This document shows, in pieces, positions 52,191 to 64,000 of a DNA stretch of 64,000 bases. The position numbers and the translations under genes were made by a program. Origin of the DNA: Octopus bimaculoides (lineage: Eukaryota); the NCBI RefSeq assembly GCF_001194135.2, contig NC_068982.1:159111821-159175820 (forward strand), written 5' to 3'. The notes beneath the pieces were generated by a model. The model searched no databases, had not been told where the DNA came from, and saw only the letters and a program-made list of their open reading frames with translations. How positions within the stretch are numbered: position 1 is the stretch's first letter; every line of letters begins with the position of its first letter.

Positions 52191-52760
52191 NATATCGAAC
52201 ACCTCAACGGTATCGGCCACCAGATTGGCATTGGTGTTTCAGGCAGAGTGAATGTTGCCTTTCTCAAATGTGCCCCCCCCCCACACACACACACACAATA
52301 CTCCATGGGATTACAATTAGGGGAAATAAGCGGTCAGATGGTGTTTTTTTTTTAGATATTGGAGTTCAAGAAATTATCCGACAAACACATCTGACATTTT
52401 CTGGAAGAATGTCCAGGAGCAGAATATTGCTACCACATATGGCTCTCCATTAACAATCCTCACCAGCCAGGGATTGACCGCAATCCCAAACAGTTTCCCA
52501 TAGCTGTATGACCTGGACCTAAGGCCATTTCATCACTTATTGGTCGAGCTTCGCCGTGCAGACATAGACAAATCGTCATTTGTATCCCTCTCTGCTGGTC
52601 ACGTTTTCATAGTCTCCATTGCAGCTATCCATGTCACATCAGACTTTAAAGTGTTGATAGGCCACTGAGCAGCATTCACGATATCGAAACTTTAAATGTC
52701 GGCGCCAATCATCATGATACCGAGAAGTTTTTCTCAACATTCAGATACCTTTCTACCCTA
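52191..52760 (-). mobile_element. Tc1/mariner DD37D (maT-like) transposase fossil
   Basis: EKNF, VNPWLVRIVNGEPYV(W)*QYSAPGHSSRKCQ..LSDNF (resembling PYVWQQDSAPCH) and SPNCNPMEY(CV)W (resembling SPDLNPLDY.VW). Confidence 0.8.
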
Positions 52761-53813
52761 CATATCAGCTAACTTCTTCTAAAGCACAATTTTCCTTTTT
52801 ATATTCCCTAACACAGTTGACCAATAATCATTGCATTGAGCTGTTCTTGAAACAAAGATACATAAGAAAAGCCTTAACCCGAATATTCCGTGTAAAGTAC
52901 ATATACTTATCATTTTGACGAAATTCATATGATGATATTATTCATGGTTATAAAAATGAGTGACGTAAACTTATTTCGTTTTAAAGAACTATTGGAGAAC
53001 ATAATATATTCCATTTAATTCTAAGACTATTTCACATCCTTGAATTTTGAATATTCCATCTTCCTTTATGATGAGAGCAATATATAATGAAATCTATCAT
53101 TCAATACATAAATCTTTGACACTTTGATATGGTTTTTAAATGACAGGATAATGCAAAAACGTTGCTATAAGAAAACATTAGCAATAAAATACACTATGCG
53201 TCGTTTAACCGTGTTACCCACGTGCAAGTAGCCCAACAGCAAATGATAAGTTATATTCGTGTCAACATTTAATTACGATTTAATCAGATATGCATTTGTT
53301 TAAAATATTCTTTAAAAGTGTTAACAAAATGTCCCATGATTTAGAGACATGCAAATGTAGATAACTTTGTTCAATAGCAAATATACTATTTAGACGACTT
53401 CAATCTAAGCTCGTCAGTTGATGGGATAAAATGCTAGATTTATAGTTTAAAGGAGTAAACTTCCGCAGAGATAAATGAGAAATGTATATTTCGTTGAGAA
53501 AGTGAATATGGTTCAACAAGACGATGCGCAGAATTCGAAGTATGACATGGAATCACTTCGCCAACATTAATATGATTATATATTTGTAAGCTCTGAAGCT
53601 TCATTAGATTCCAACGCATATTAAAAAGAATAATCGCGTGAAAGTCACTAAGGCAACAGAGATAGATGACATGACACGTGATCTTTCATTTATTGATGCA
53701 TTTCACAAGTTTCACATGCGTAATTTAGTAAAGTTTATCTCACATAGGTAAGTATACATAATATGTGTATGTCCATATGAAAATATGTATGTATGCATGT
53801 ATCTCTGTGTATG

Positions 53814-53845
<32 letters not shown>

Positions 53846-56389
53846 TACATATGATCATATATGTACGTATTTGAGATGTTTGTGTGAGTGTTTCTCTGTG
53901 TGTGTTTATGTGTTTGTTTGTGTGTCAACATAATATCTAACTTATATATAAGGGCGTCGGAATATGATATAATTAAGCAAGCGTTCATTAACAAGTAATA
54001 CTGGTGAAAAGCATATATTACACAACTATTGTGAGGCATTCAATATTTTTTGCTAATTAACTTCATTGGTCGTAACATAGAGCATGCATATTAAATTTGT
54101 GGGCGTAAAATTTATCTTGATTATAATTATATATAATCGCATTTCATTGTATAAAAAAAGACAACAAAATTTAGGGAAGGGAAAGAATTGATGTATCAAT
54201 GATAACAAACTTTATATCTACACGAAGCATCTAAAGCGATATTTAAGGAAATTGTTTCTTTGTTTTTTTTTAGTAGTGTTTACTTTAAGAAATAAACTAG
54301 TTCTACATTATTTTGCACTGAAAATATACATGCCTGAACTCATCATTTAATACACGAGTTGGTCCTCCATCTCAAATTATGTTTAGAAGTCTCGAATGGA
54401 AATTAGTACTTTGCTAATTTACTGCTGTGAGGGTGAATGTGGATGGTATGCTGTATTAGGCACCAAACAAATATAATCCATGGAATGTAGTATTAAGACA
54501 TTACGTAATAATCCCACAGGGTGATAACTTATGGTTTCCAAGACGAATTGATTTTTTCCCCTAAATCCTCAGGTGTATAATGTGAATACCTGAACAGAGA
54601 AATATCTTAATTTCTTGAAATGCATATATCATATAAGTTTGTGTTTTGTGGGAATATTTGAATTTTAATAGTTGTCAATTATCTTTAAAAAGGAAGGTAA
54701 ACACCCTCAGTGTCTGTATTTCTATGGCAATTAAATCTATTTCAATTTGACTACTACTTTCAATTCTTTACTACAACGTTTGTCCTGCATGTATGACTCA
54801 AAAGCTCATACTGACGTTTTAATTATATTCTACATCATGTTTTACATGTTTTAATTATATTCTACATCAAAGTATACCAAATAGAAGCTACAAATATAAT
54901 TGGAAAAGATCTGAGAATTTAGGCGTTTGTAAAACAGAACCATATTTTCTTATAAAGCGCTTTAAAGGTAACAAATATAAATAAATCTGTCTAGAACATG
55001 TTGATTTCCTTAGTAAATTTCATAAAAACTTAGAAGTGAAATAAAATAAAGTGAAAAGAAAACTGAAACAATGGAGACGTGTTAAAGGAAGGAGAAAGTA
55101 TTCTGTTGTCTTGATTAAAAGAAACGAAAATAGAAGAAACAGAAATATAAAGAGAAAAATATAAAGCAAATGTTGAAATATTTGAACGCAAGTTATATGC
55201 ATAATAAAAAAAAACGCTGCAAAATAAAATAATATTATAAAAGAAACGAGAAATATATACATTTTTCTTTATAAAAACGTAAATTTTGATACAAAGAATT
55301 GTGTGTAGTGAATGAATTTTTTCACCCAAAATAGGAGGCAAGTTATAAATGCTATTATTTTTTAAAGAACATACACTTTGAAACACAATCAAAATGTATC
55401 CATTACTTGAAAGCCATCAAGCAAAAATTGTAGCATAGTTGTATACACAAAACCAAAAGACATGGAAGCATGTAACAATTTATATGAAAGCAATGATGTA
55501 AAATTGTCAAGTGTAATGAAATTTTAAAAATTGTCGACGTGTAAACATTTTGATTTTTCTCTAAAGTATAATGGAAAAACGATCAAATATTAAAAAAAAA
55601 GAAAGGAGCATTTCCTTTCGAGTAATTCAAATATCATTGTCAAATGCTATCATACTGAAGGCGATAATATATGAACCAGCATGTTAACCGAGGTGACAAC
55701 ATTTAGACGTTGATCAATATTCGGTTTTGCTCTCCAGCTATATAACAAAGGAAAGATAGAAATTTTGACCATAGAGAACATTTGAATACTTATATCATAC
55801 CTTAGTAAACATAACTGAATATGTGATTTCCATGCTCTATGAAAGTGTACTAAGTTATAACTAGCAGATATATATAGCTATGTAGATTACTTTCTATTTG
55901 TCAGTCCTTTACAATCCTAAAGCATTTCACAGTGACGAAGGAATATCGGAAGTTATACTTGCTCAAGAAAATAGAAACCATTCTTCAATTTTTTTACTAC
56001 GTACTTTAATGTACTTAAACATTTCAATCTGTACAGTGTTGCAACTTCTAAGAAGAGATAATCTACAGTATCGATATTATTCAAATTGCTCTACCTAATG
56101 ACAAGTAAATGGCTTTGTCCAATGAATGTTGAAGAATCTTGGCAAGGAACCTGCAATGTAGTGCAGTTATTTCAGACGGCACACTCGGTAAGGTTGCTAG
56201 CTGTCTGATACCGCGCTCGATATTTGCAAACAGTTTTTGATCATAGATAAACGATGACCAAACCGATATCTGACGAAACTTATCGTAATAATGACCACTT
56301 AAACAAAACGTTAGAATATGTTTTAATCGCAATCACTATTTGTAGTAGCGAGTAAACATTAATAATTCTCTCTATATAGACACACACAC

Positions 56390-56469
<80 letters not shown>

Positions 56470-56482
56470 GCATATGTGTATA

Positions 56483-56530
<48 letters not shown>

Positions 56531-59341
56531 CAACTATCTATCTATCTANNNNNNNNNNNNNNNNNNNNNNNNNNNNNNNNNNNNNNNNNNNNNNNNNNNN
56601 NNNNNNNNNNNNNNNNNNNNNNNNNNNNNNNNNNNNNNNNNNNNNNNNNNNNNNNNNNNNNNNNNNNNNNNNNNNNNNNNNNNNNNNNNNNNNNNNNNNN
56701 NNNNNNNNNNNNNNNNNNNNNNNNNNNNNNNNNNNNNNNNNNNNNNNNNNNNNNNNNNNNNNNNNNNNNNNNNNNNNNNNNNNNNNNNNNNNNNNNNNNN
56801 NNNNNNNNNNNNNNNNNNNNNNNNNNNNNNNNNNNNNNNNNNNNNNNNNNNNNNNNNNNNNNNNNNNNNNNNNNNNNNNNNNNNNNNNNNNNNNNNNNNN
56901 NNNNNNNNNNNNNNNNNNNNNNNNNNNNNNNNNNNNNNNNNNNNNNNNNNNNNNNNNNNNNNNNNNNNNNNNNNNNNNNNNNNNNNNNNNNNNNNNNNNN
57001 NNNNNNNNNNNNNNNNNNNNNNNNNNNNNNNNNNNNNNNNNNNNNNNNNNNNNNNNNNNNNNNNNNNNNNNNNNNNNNNNNNNNNNNNNNNNNNNNNNNN
57101 NNNNNNNNNNNNNNNNNNNNNNNNNNNNNNNNNNNNNNNNNNNNNNNNNNNNNNNNNNNNNNNNNNNNNNNNNNNNNNNNNNNNNNNNNNNNNNNNNNNN
57201 NNNNNNNNNNNNNNNNNNNNNNNNNNNNNNNNNNNNNNNNNNNNNNNNNNNNNNNNNNNNNNNNNNNNNNNNNNNNNNNNNNNNNNNNNNNNNNNNNNNN
57301 NNNNNNNNNNNNNNNNNNNNNNNNNNNNNNNNNNNNNNNNNNNNNNNNNNNNNNNNNNNNNNNNNNNNNNNNNNNNNNNNNNNNNNNNNNNNNNNNNNNN
57401 NNNNNNNNNNNNNNNNNNNNNNNNNNNNNNNNNNNNNNNNNNNNNNNNNNNNNNNNNNNNNNNNNNNNNNNNNNNNNNNNNNNNNNNNNNNNNNNNNNNN
57501 NNNNNNNNNNNNNNNNNNNNNNNNNNNNNNNNNNNNTATATAGTAGTAAATATATGTATATGATACTACACGTTTTTACCTCGTTTGTTGGCATTTCTCG
57601 ACAGTGTAACATTGTGCTTCATCAATGATGTAGGCGTATAACATGTTTTCATACACATTCATTCTTCTGAAATGTCTCGGCGTAGTTCCCAAATAAACAA
57701 TCAAATAACACTGAGAAAAAAAAAATAAAACGAAATAATCCTATAATTTAACTATTCAATTTAATTTTCAAATTTGCAGTGGTAACATCGTCTGATATGT
57801 TGTAATTCATCGTGCAAATTGTTAGTCATTATAATTACGTGTAGTATAGTAACGTAATTTGTATAAAAGAAGACCCTCTAAAGTTCGTATCGATACAGAC
57901 TATGATCTATCCGAAAACTTCTCTATATATATATGTATATATGTATATACAGCACATCATTTGCTCGAGCTAGAGAAACATAAACCAGCCATATCTCAAA
58001 CCACATCTTGATAAAACATTTCACAATGGAAAGGAAAACCTGGTCACCATATTTGGTTTGATTTCACATTGAGACTCATTATCATGATGTCGTTGGGCTA
58101 AAACAGTAATACATTATTTACACGATAGTTTCACATATGACGTCATCGATACAATTCATCACATGTTAACATTCGGAGATCAAATACATTCATTTTATTT
58201 TCAATCATCTGTACTGAAAGAGGAAATATCTAGTAATTTATATTGTTCTCCTTCTAAAGTTGGTCTCATGCATTTTCAAATTTGCATAATAGGTAAGATA
58301 AATTAGTGAACGATAATTTTGGTTAAAGCAATCACTATTATTTCCATATTCAATGTTTGAAGTATATTTTCTGCGCAGACAAGTAATTCCTGTAGCGAAC
58401 ACTGATAAACCACCCAACGTAATTGCCACAGTCTGTAATATCATGGCGACCACTAAGCTAAAAATACAGCTATAATCAGAGCCATGGATCTATGCTACAT
58501 GATACGAGTGTTATATTAAGAATTGGCGAAAATGTATGTAACTAATTTTACACCGAATCTTTAATGATAATGTTAATGCATTGATTTTTCTCAATAGTTC
58601 TTCTATTTAATGCAGTGCATCTTGGTATATTCAGCGGCATGTGTACTCTCTCCACAGACATACAAGCAGGTACAAACACTGGCATAAAGAAACACACATA
58701 CACACACAGGTAAATCCTATATATATATTCATAAGTTTCTTCATCAAACCATTGTTTTTTTTTTCTGTAATAGCCACAAGGTTTTAGGATCTAAGTTCAC
58801 AAGTTTCCGAGGTCAACATTAATTTCCATTTTTCCGTAGTGTAACAATTGAATTGAAATACAGATTCTGATAATTGCATATACTTAGCTTGGAAAAAGGA
58901 CTATGTTTGAGGCAATAATTAGAATTATTTCAGTCTTTGCACTGGGAGAAAATCTTCAAGGGATTTAGTGAGCTATATCGACTTCAATACCTTCTGGAAA
59001 CACTGCTGCATATTACACAGATTTGCATTTAGAGGACCACCAAGTTACAGTTTATTGACAGAAACCATTTTTTGAGGCAGTGTCCATGTGAAGACAGATA
59101 AACAGAGAGACTCATATAAAACACGCATACAAACTCACAAGAAAACGCAATTGAACATGTTCTTACACACACACGTAAGCGCACGCACACACATAGATAT
59201 ACGTACACACAAACACATGCATATATATATATACATATATACATTTAAATAATATCGGTGAAAAGTTGAATATTAATTTGATTAAATATCAATTTAAAAC
59301 CAGTGGCCTAGCATATTGAAAATCTGAAAATTCAGAAAAAT

Positions 59342-59631
59342 TATATTACATAAATATAAGAGGGATAACCACTAAGTGGACATCCATTATGCTAGAAGAA
59401 GACCACCTGTGGACATTTACCTAAGTAATGACGTAATTTGTAACAATGAAACTGGGTTTGTGATTGATCTTTATATTTTGTATATTTTCATTTGTTTTGC
59501 TCTCTTACGTTCTGTCGTTTGCTGAATTTTCCTAAGAACAATCTTTTCTTAGTGGTCAGACCATAGGTGGTCTTCTTCTAGCATAATGTATATCCACTTA
59601 GTGGTCATCTCTCATATATGTATGTAATATA
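59342..59631. mobile_element. MITE-like element with about 70 bp TIRs
   Basis: 59360-59412 versus the reverse complement of 59561-59613 gives 48/53 matches, extendable about 18 bp outward. TA-rich flanks, no ORF. Confidence 0.85.
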
Positions 59632-61277
59632 TATATATATATATANNNNNNNNNNNNNNNNNNNNNNNNNNNNNNNNNNNNNNNNNNNNNNNNNNNNNNN
59701 NNNNNNNNNNNNNNNNNNNNNNNNNNNNNNNNNNNNNNNNNNNNNNNNNNNNNNNNNNNNNNNNNNNNNNNNNNNNNNNNNNNNNNNNNNNNNNNNNNNN
59801 NNNNNNNNNNNNNNNNNNNNNNNNNNNNNNNNNNNNNNNNNNNNNNNNNNNNNNNNNNNNNNNNNNNNNNNNNNNNNNNNNNNNNNNNNNNNNNNNNNNN
59901 NNNNNNNNNNNNNNNNNNNNNNNNNNNNNNNNNNNNNNNNNNNNNNNNNNNNNNNNNNNNNNNNNNNNNNNNNNNNNNNNNNNNNNNNNNNNNNNNNNNN
60001 NNNNNNNNNNNNNNNNNNNNNNNNNNNNNNNNNNNNNNNNNNNNNNNNNNNNNNNNNNNNNNNNNNNNNNNNNNNNNNNNNNNNNNNNNNNNNNNNNNNN
60101 NNNNNNNNNNNNNNNNNNNNNNNNNNNNNNNNNNNNNNNNNNNNNNNNNNNNNNNNNNNNNNNNNNNNNNNNNNNNNNNNNNNNNNNNNNNNNNNNNNNN
60201 NNNNNNNNNNNNNNTATATATATATATATGTATATATAAATATATACTTACAGAAAGAGACATTTACCCACGATTCCTGGCAGTGGAGCGAGCATAACTT
60301 GAAACCAAATGGTTAGGAAGCAATATTCTTTCGCACACATGGTATAGGTACATATGTAGATTTGAATGTTTTTTTTATACGTGCATATATGTATGTATCT
60401 ATCTACACTCTACACACACACAAACACACACAAATTCACTCACACGCGCGCGCACACACGCACACACAGAGACACACACTCGCACATATATATGCAAGCG
60501 TGTATGTGTGTATGCAGTTCGGTTTGTGAGGAGGATGTGATGTGCCATTGATTGAAATCACTTTCGCTTCAGAAGCTAACAACTGATGCATTTGAATAAA
60601 TGAGACTAATCTTATTTCTTCCATTCAGTTCACTGCTATTTACAATGGCTATTGTGAATTGCCGATCCAGAGACGATATGCAAAGGATGGAGCTGAAGAA
60701 ACACATCTATTTTTAGTACATTATCCTACTTGGGTTATCAATGAAATCTTTCTGTAACTGTGCCAAATAGAAGGCTTGGTTGGATCATATGAAATACAAT
60801 AGCGTTCTGTATTGATTTTTAACTGCGTAAGCACCTTGGTAATGGAACGCCTTGTGACAAAGATGATAGAAATGATTCGAAAATATTTGCCAAATGTCCT
60901 AATAGTGTGCACCGACGTAAATTATGATCTGTCAAAAACAATTTCTATTATCGAAAGATAAAGTTACCAATGCACGTGATTATTCAATAGCTAACTTGTT
61001 GAATATATAGCACTGTTGAGAGAATAAATAAACCATGAAGCATTAATGACACTGACTGAAAACTCACTACTCCATAAGTGTGTGAGAGCATGTGCATGTG
61101 GGTGTGAGTGAGTCTTTGTGCGCGTGTGTGTGTAAGTGCGTGCGTGTGTGTGTGTGTGTATGTGCGTGTGTGTGTGTGCCTGTCTGTGTCTGCACGCGCC
61201 TGTGTTAATGAGTTGTAGCTGGGAATTATTGTTTGCGCGAAACGCCAGTATCGGTGAAGAAATTACTCTGTTATTTT

Positions 61278-61608
61278 TTTACTCTATGACGTGCTTCAGT
61301 CAGTTGATTGTGGCCATGCAGGAGCACCGCCTTTAGTCGTGCAAATCGACCCCAGGACTTATTCTTTCTAAGCCTAGTATTTATTCTATCGGGCTCTTTT
61401 GCTGAACCGCTAACTTACGGCGACGTAAACATACCAGCATCGGTTGTCAAACGATGTTGGGGTGACAAACACACACACACAAACTTATACACACACATAA
61501 TATATATATATATACATATATACGACGGGTTTCTTTCAGTTTCCGTCTACCAAATCCACTCACATGGATTTGGTCGGCCCGTGGCTATAGTAGAAGACAC
61601 TTGCCCAA
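61278..61608 (-). mobile_element. SINE family A, 5'-truncated (head missing)
   Basis: Collinear with 47763-48115 and ends abruptly at ttgcccaa. Confidence 0.92.
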
Positions 61609-63764
61609 TTTAAAAACCGGTTGAACTAAGAGGAATGTAAAAGTTATTAAATTCAAATTAAATTCACCTATCATTAGGAATCAAGCGTTGTTGGATGGTT
61701 AGACGTTTGCTTCCCAAAGACTTACTTTGAACTTCCATTTCATCGTTACGAACATTATTCATCTATAAGAATATATGTATCTATATTTCGTCGATGCATA
61801 CTTGTGGAAGTTGTAAAAATAATTGAGAAAAATATGATAATTGTGCTTTCAGAACGAAGGATTTTGAAACCATTATTCTGCACCGATTTACATAAAAATT
61901 CTTGTTACGTTTGCCCTAATTAATTCCTTGAATGAATGGCTTGAAAGGTATGAAAAAGTACTAATCACTCTCTTGAAAATGGATACATTTATAAAAGAAC
62001 GAAAATAGATGGACGAATACTTTGGGCTTTCATAGTGGGACAATTTACAAACAACACACATGGCAAAATTAAACGACTATTTCGTAGTCACACTCAGAAT
62101 TCCACTATCATTTTGCAGAAAATAAGATTTCCCAATAAAACTTCTCAGTCATACCAGCAGTCTAACATAGGTACGTACGGCACATAGCCGCTTACATTTC
62201 CCCATACATATATATGCTCGCTTACGCAAAAGATAAGCAATTTCAAGCAGTATAACTCTATAAAAAGATTTAAAATATGTAGTAACTATTTGTTTTCTTC
62301 AAATAATTCATGAAACAATGAATGCATCACAAGCGTCGGTTCAACTCTCGCTTCTTATCATTAGGTTATGCAGGTGCAAACATGTAGAATTATTTCAAAT
62401 ACAGTTCCTTCAAAATTCTTTCATCGTTTATAGAATGAAAGTTAAGCTAACAGCTCTGTTGGATCCAATGTTCTACAGAGATACATGTGCATATCTGTGT
62501 TAGAGTATGTATATTTATATATATGAGTGTGTGGGTGGGTGCGTGTACGTGCTTGCTCACATGTGTATATATGTGTGCATGGCTGTGTATGTGTGTATGT
62601 ATGTGTGTCTTGTATATGTGTGTGTGTGTGGTTCTGCTTGTGAGTTTACACTTAGTGACAGAAATCAATGTATATAATATATAATACGATCGAAAGAATT
62701 ATGTACGTATGTTTGTGTATATATGCATGAATGTATGTATGTGTATGAGTGTGTGTGCAAGTATGCATGTTGATGTTTATGTGTGTGTCATTTTCTACAC
62801 AAATGTTAGTGCTTATAACATGTAAAATTTGCGATTTGTAAAAGAATCCATTATGTTGGTATCGATTATTGTACATAATTGATGTTAGATATATCTCGCG
62901 AATATTTATTTAAAACGTTAACAGAGCAAAATATGCTGTCTTAATGATATAATATATATTGTACTTTTTGTCTTGTCATATAGGAATACAGTTTTCCTTC
63001 ACGTACCAGTGCAAATCCTTGTTAATTGAATTATAGTTTTCAATTCGTACAGATTTGAGAACTCTCATAATGTGAATGTTGCAGTGAAAATTATGCGACA
63101 TTTCATGAACTGAAATAATGGATTTTTCCTTCTTAATGATTATTCACGAATAATTTGTTTTATATTATTGAATGTTTTTTTTTTTTTTAATTAAAACAGG
63201 ATTTGAAAATTTTGCTTTGTTAATATTCTTTGGTGGAAGGCTATCGATATCATCACAAATTTTTTGACAAATTTACAAGAGGCTTTACTTCTATCCGTTT
63301 AATTAATTCAAAGATATGATCCTACGACATGCATAATACTTTATACATTAGCATTTGCAGATGTTTAAAAATGCTAAGGGATAATAATTACAGATGTTGT
63401 TAAGAAAATTTATTAAAATGTATCGAAAATGTTTCTGATGTCGTGGTAACCTTTAAGAAATGGTGAAGTTATAAATATCATCGTATCAAATGATTCTGGA
63501 TTGAGTGTAAATTCCATTAATATTTTTTTTAAATCGAAGAAAATGACTAAAAGTTCAGAAATTAATAATTAGAGAAGAAATTAAGATGGAAATGTTAAAA
63601 GGTGTATGTGAATATGAAAGATATACGAATATAACATATGCGAACAAAACATGAATTCTGATATGTCTAAATGGAGGAAGATTTTGTATACGAGATGAAA
63701 TTCTCTTTTTATCTATTCCACGATTCTTTTGTTGTTGTTCTACAACAGTGTCAAACGGTTTGTG

Positions 63765-64000
63765 AAGTCTGTTTTTCAACATAGTTACCCATGCGGTCAC
63801 GCACTTCTTTCATCGGTGATACAATGCTTGGGGAAGAAGCTTTTTATCCAGATGCTTAAAACAATCATCAACAGCAGCAATGACATCATCATCACTGCGA
63901 TATTGGTTACCTCCGAAGTGTTTTTCATGTTGGGAAACAGAGTATAGTCAGATAATCAGGAGAATAGTCAGCGTAATCAGCCTGTTCGAATCTACACGCA
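63765..64000 (-). mobile_element. Mariner transposase C-terminal fossil, continuing beyond the window
   Basis: DYSPD, LFPNMK, GNQYRSDDDVIAAVDDCFKHLDK, HR*KKCV and GNYVEK. Confidence 0.9.

Larger units (their letters stand above)
1435..60214. other. 17 assembly gaps (N-runs), mostly bounded by TA/CA/CT/TAGA/TTC microsatellites
   Basis: N at 1435-2099, 5476-5847, 8386-8395, 11505-11681, 12543-12679, 14218-14931, 18781-19151, 24268-24701, 30302-30651, 33826-34024, 35967-36090, 42801-42810, 43313-43847, 48184-48672, 51716-52190, 56549-57536, 59646-60214. Confidence 0.98.

Noticed and set aside
54816-54869. 22 bp direct repeat with 32 bp period (also a 20 bp tandem near 37240-37280)
   Set aside because: Ordinary slippage duplications with only two units.
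55931-55955. gtgacgaaggaatatcggaag as a hammerhead remnant
   Set aside because: Both core strands are mutated and there are no supporting stems.
56198-56214. Possible 12 nt microexon-type motif (ttatttcag|ACGGCACACTCG|gtaag, actually at about 56176-56187) and similar short AG..GT pairs at about 7185, 31007 and 36765
   Set aside because: Such motifs are expected by chance in 64 kb and cannot be supported without RNA data.
1251-60316. Long ORFs in the track (e.g. 1251-2237, 14040-15101, 56468-57628) and poly-R/L/D/M/HT/CV/YI ORFs
   Set aside because: They are translations of N-runs and microsatellites and have no coding signal.
4915-61608. Minus-strand bias of young SINE copies as evidence for an enclosing gene
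   Set aside because: Too few copies, with counter-examples at 28991 and 38871, so the bias is not statistically meaningful.

Overview
Gene-poor, AT-rich animal genomic DNA from a gappy draft assembly: 17 N-gaps totalling about 6.6 kb, almost all flanked by microsatellites. The SINE families and SSR load suggest an octopus or other coleoid cephalopod (inference from recalled repeat families, no search run). No host gene, tRNA, rRNA or CRISPR array can be supported. Nearly all listed ORFs are translations of SSRs or N-runs. What can be supported is a transposon graveyard: three tRNA-derived SINE families (at least 8 copies or fragments), a CR1-type LINE, a Penelope-like element with an inverted 3' piece, a Tx1/L1 fragment, a stack of five R4/Dong-like fragments around (GAT/AAT)n arrays at 15.2-19.3 kb, several Tc1/mariner fossils including a DD37D/maT type, and a MITE with about 70 bp TIRs. 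The most unusual signals are the Dong pile-up, a mariner structure made of two facing 5' ends, an exact 86 bp copy 2.5 kb from its donor with a microhomology slip, and three hammerhead-ribozyme-like motifs. A few weak candidate exons are flagged. I found no evidence for a novel multi-gene system.
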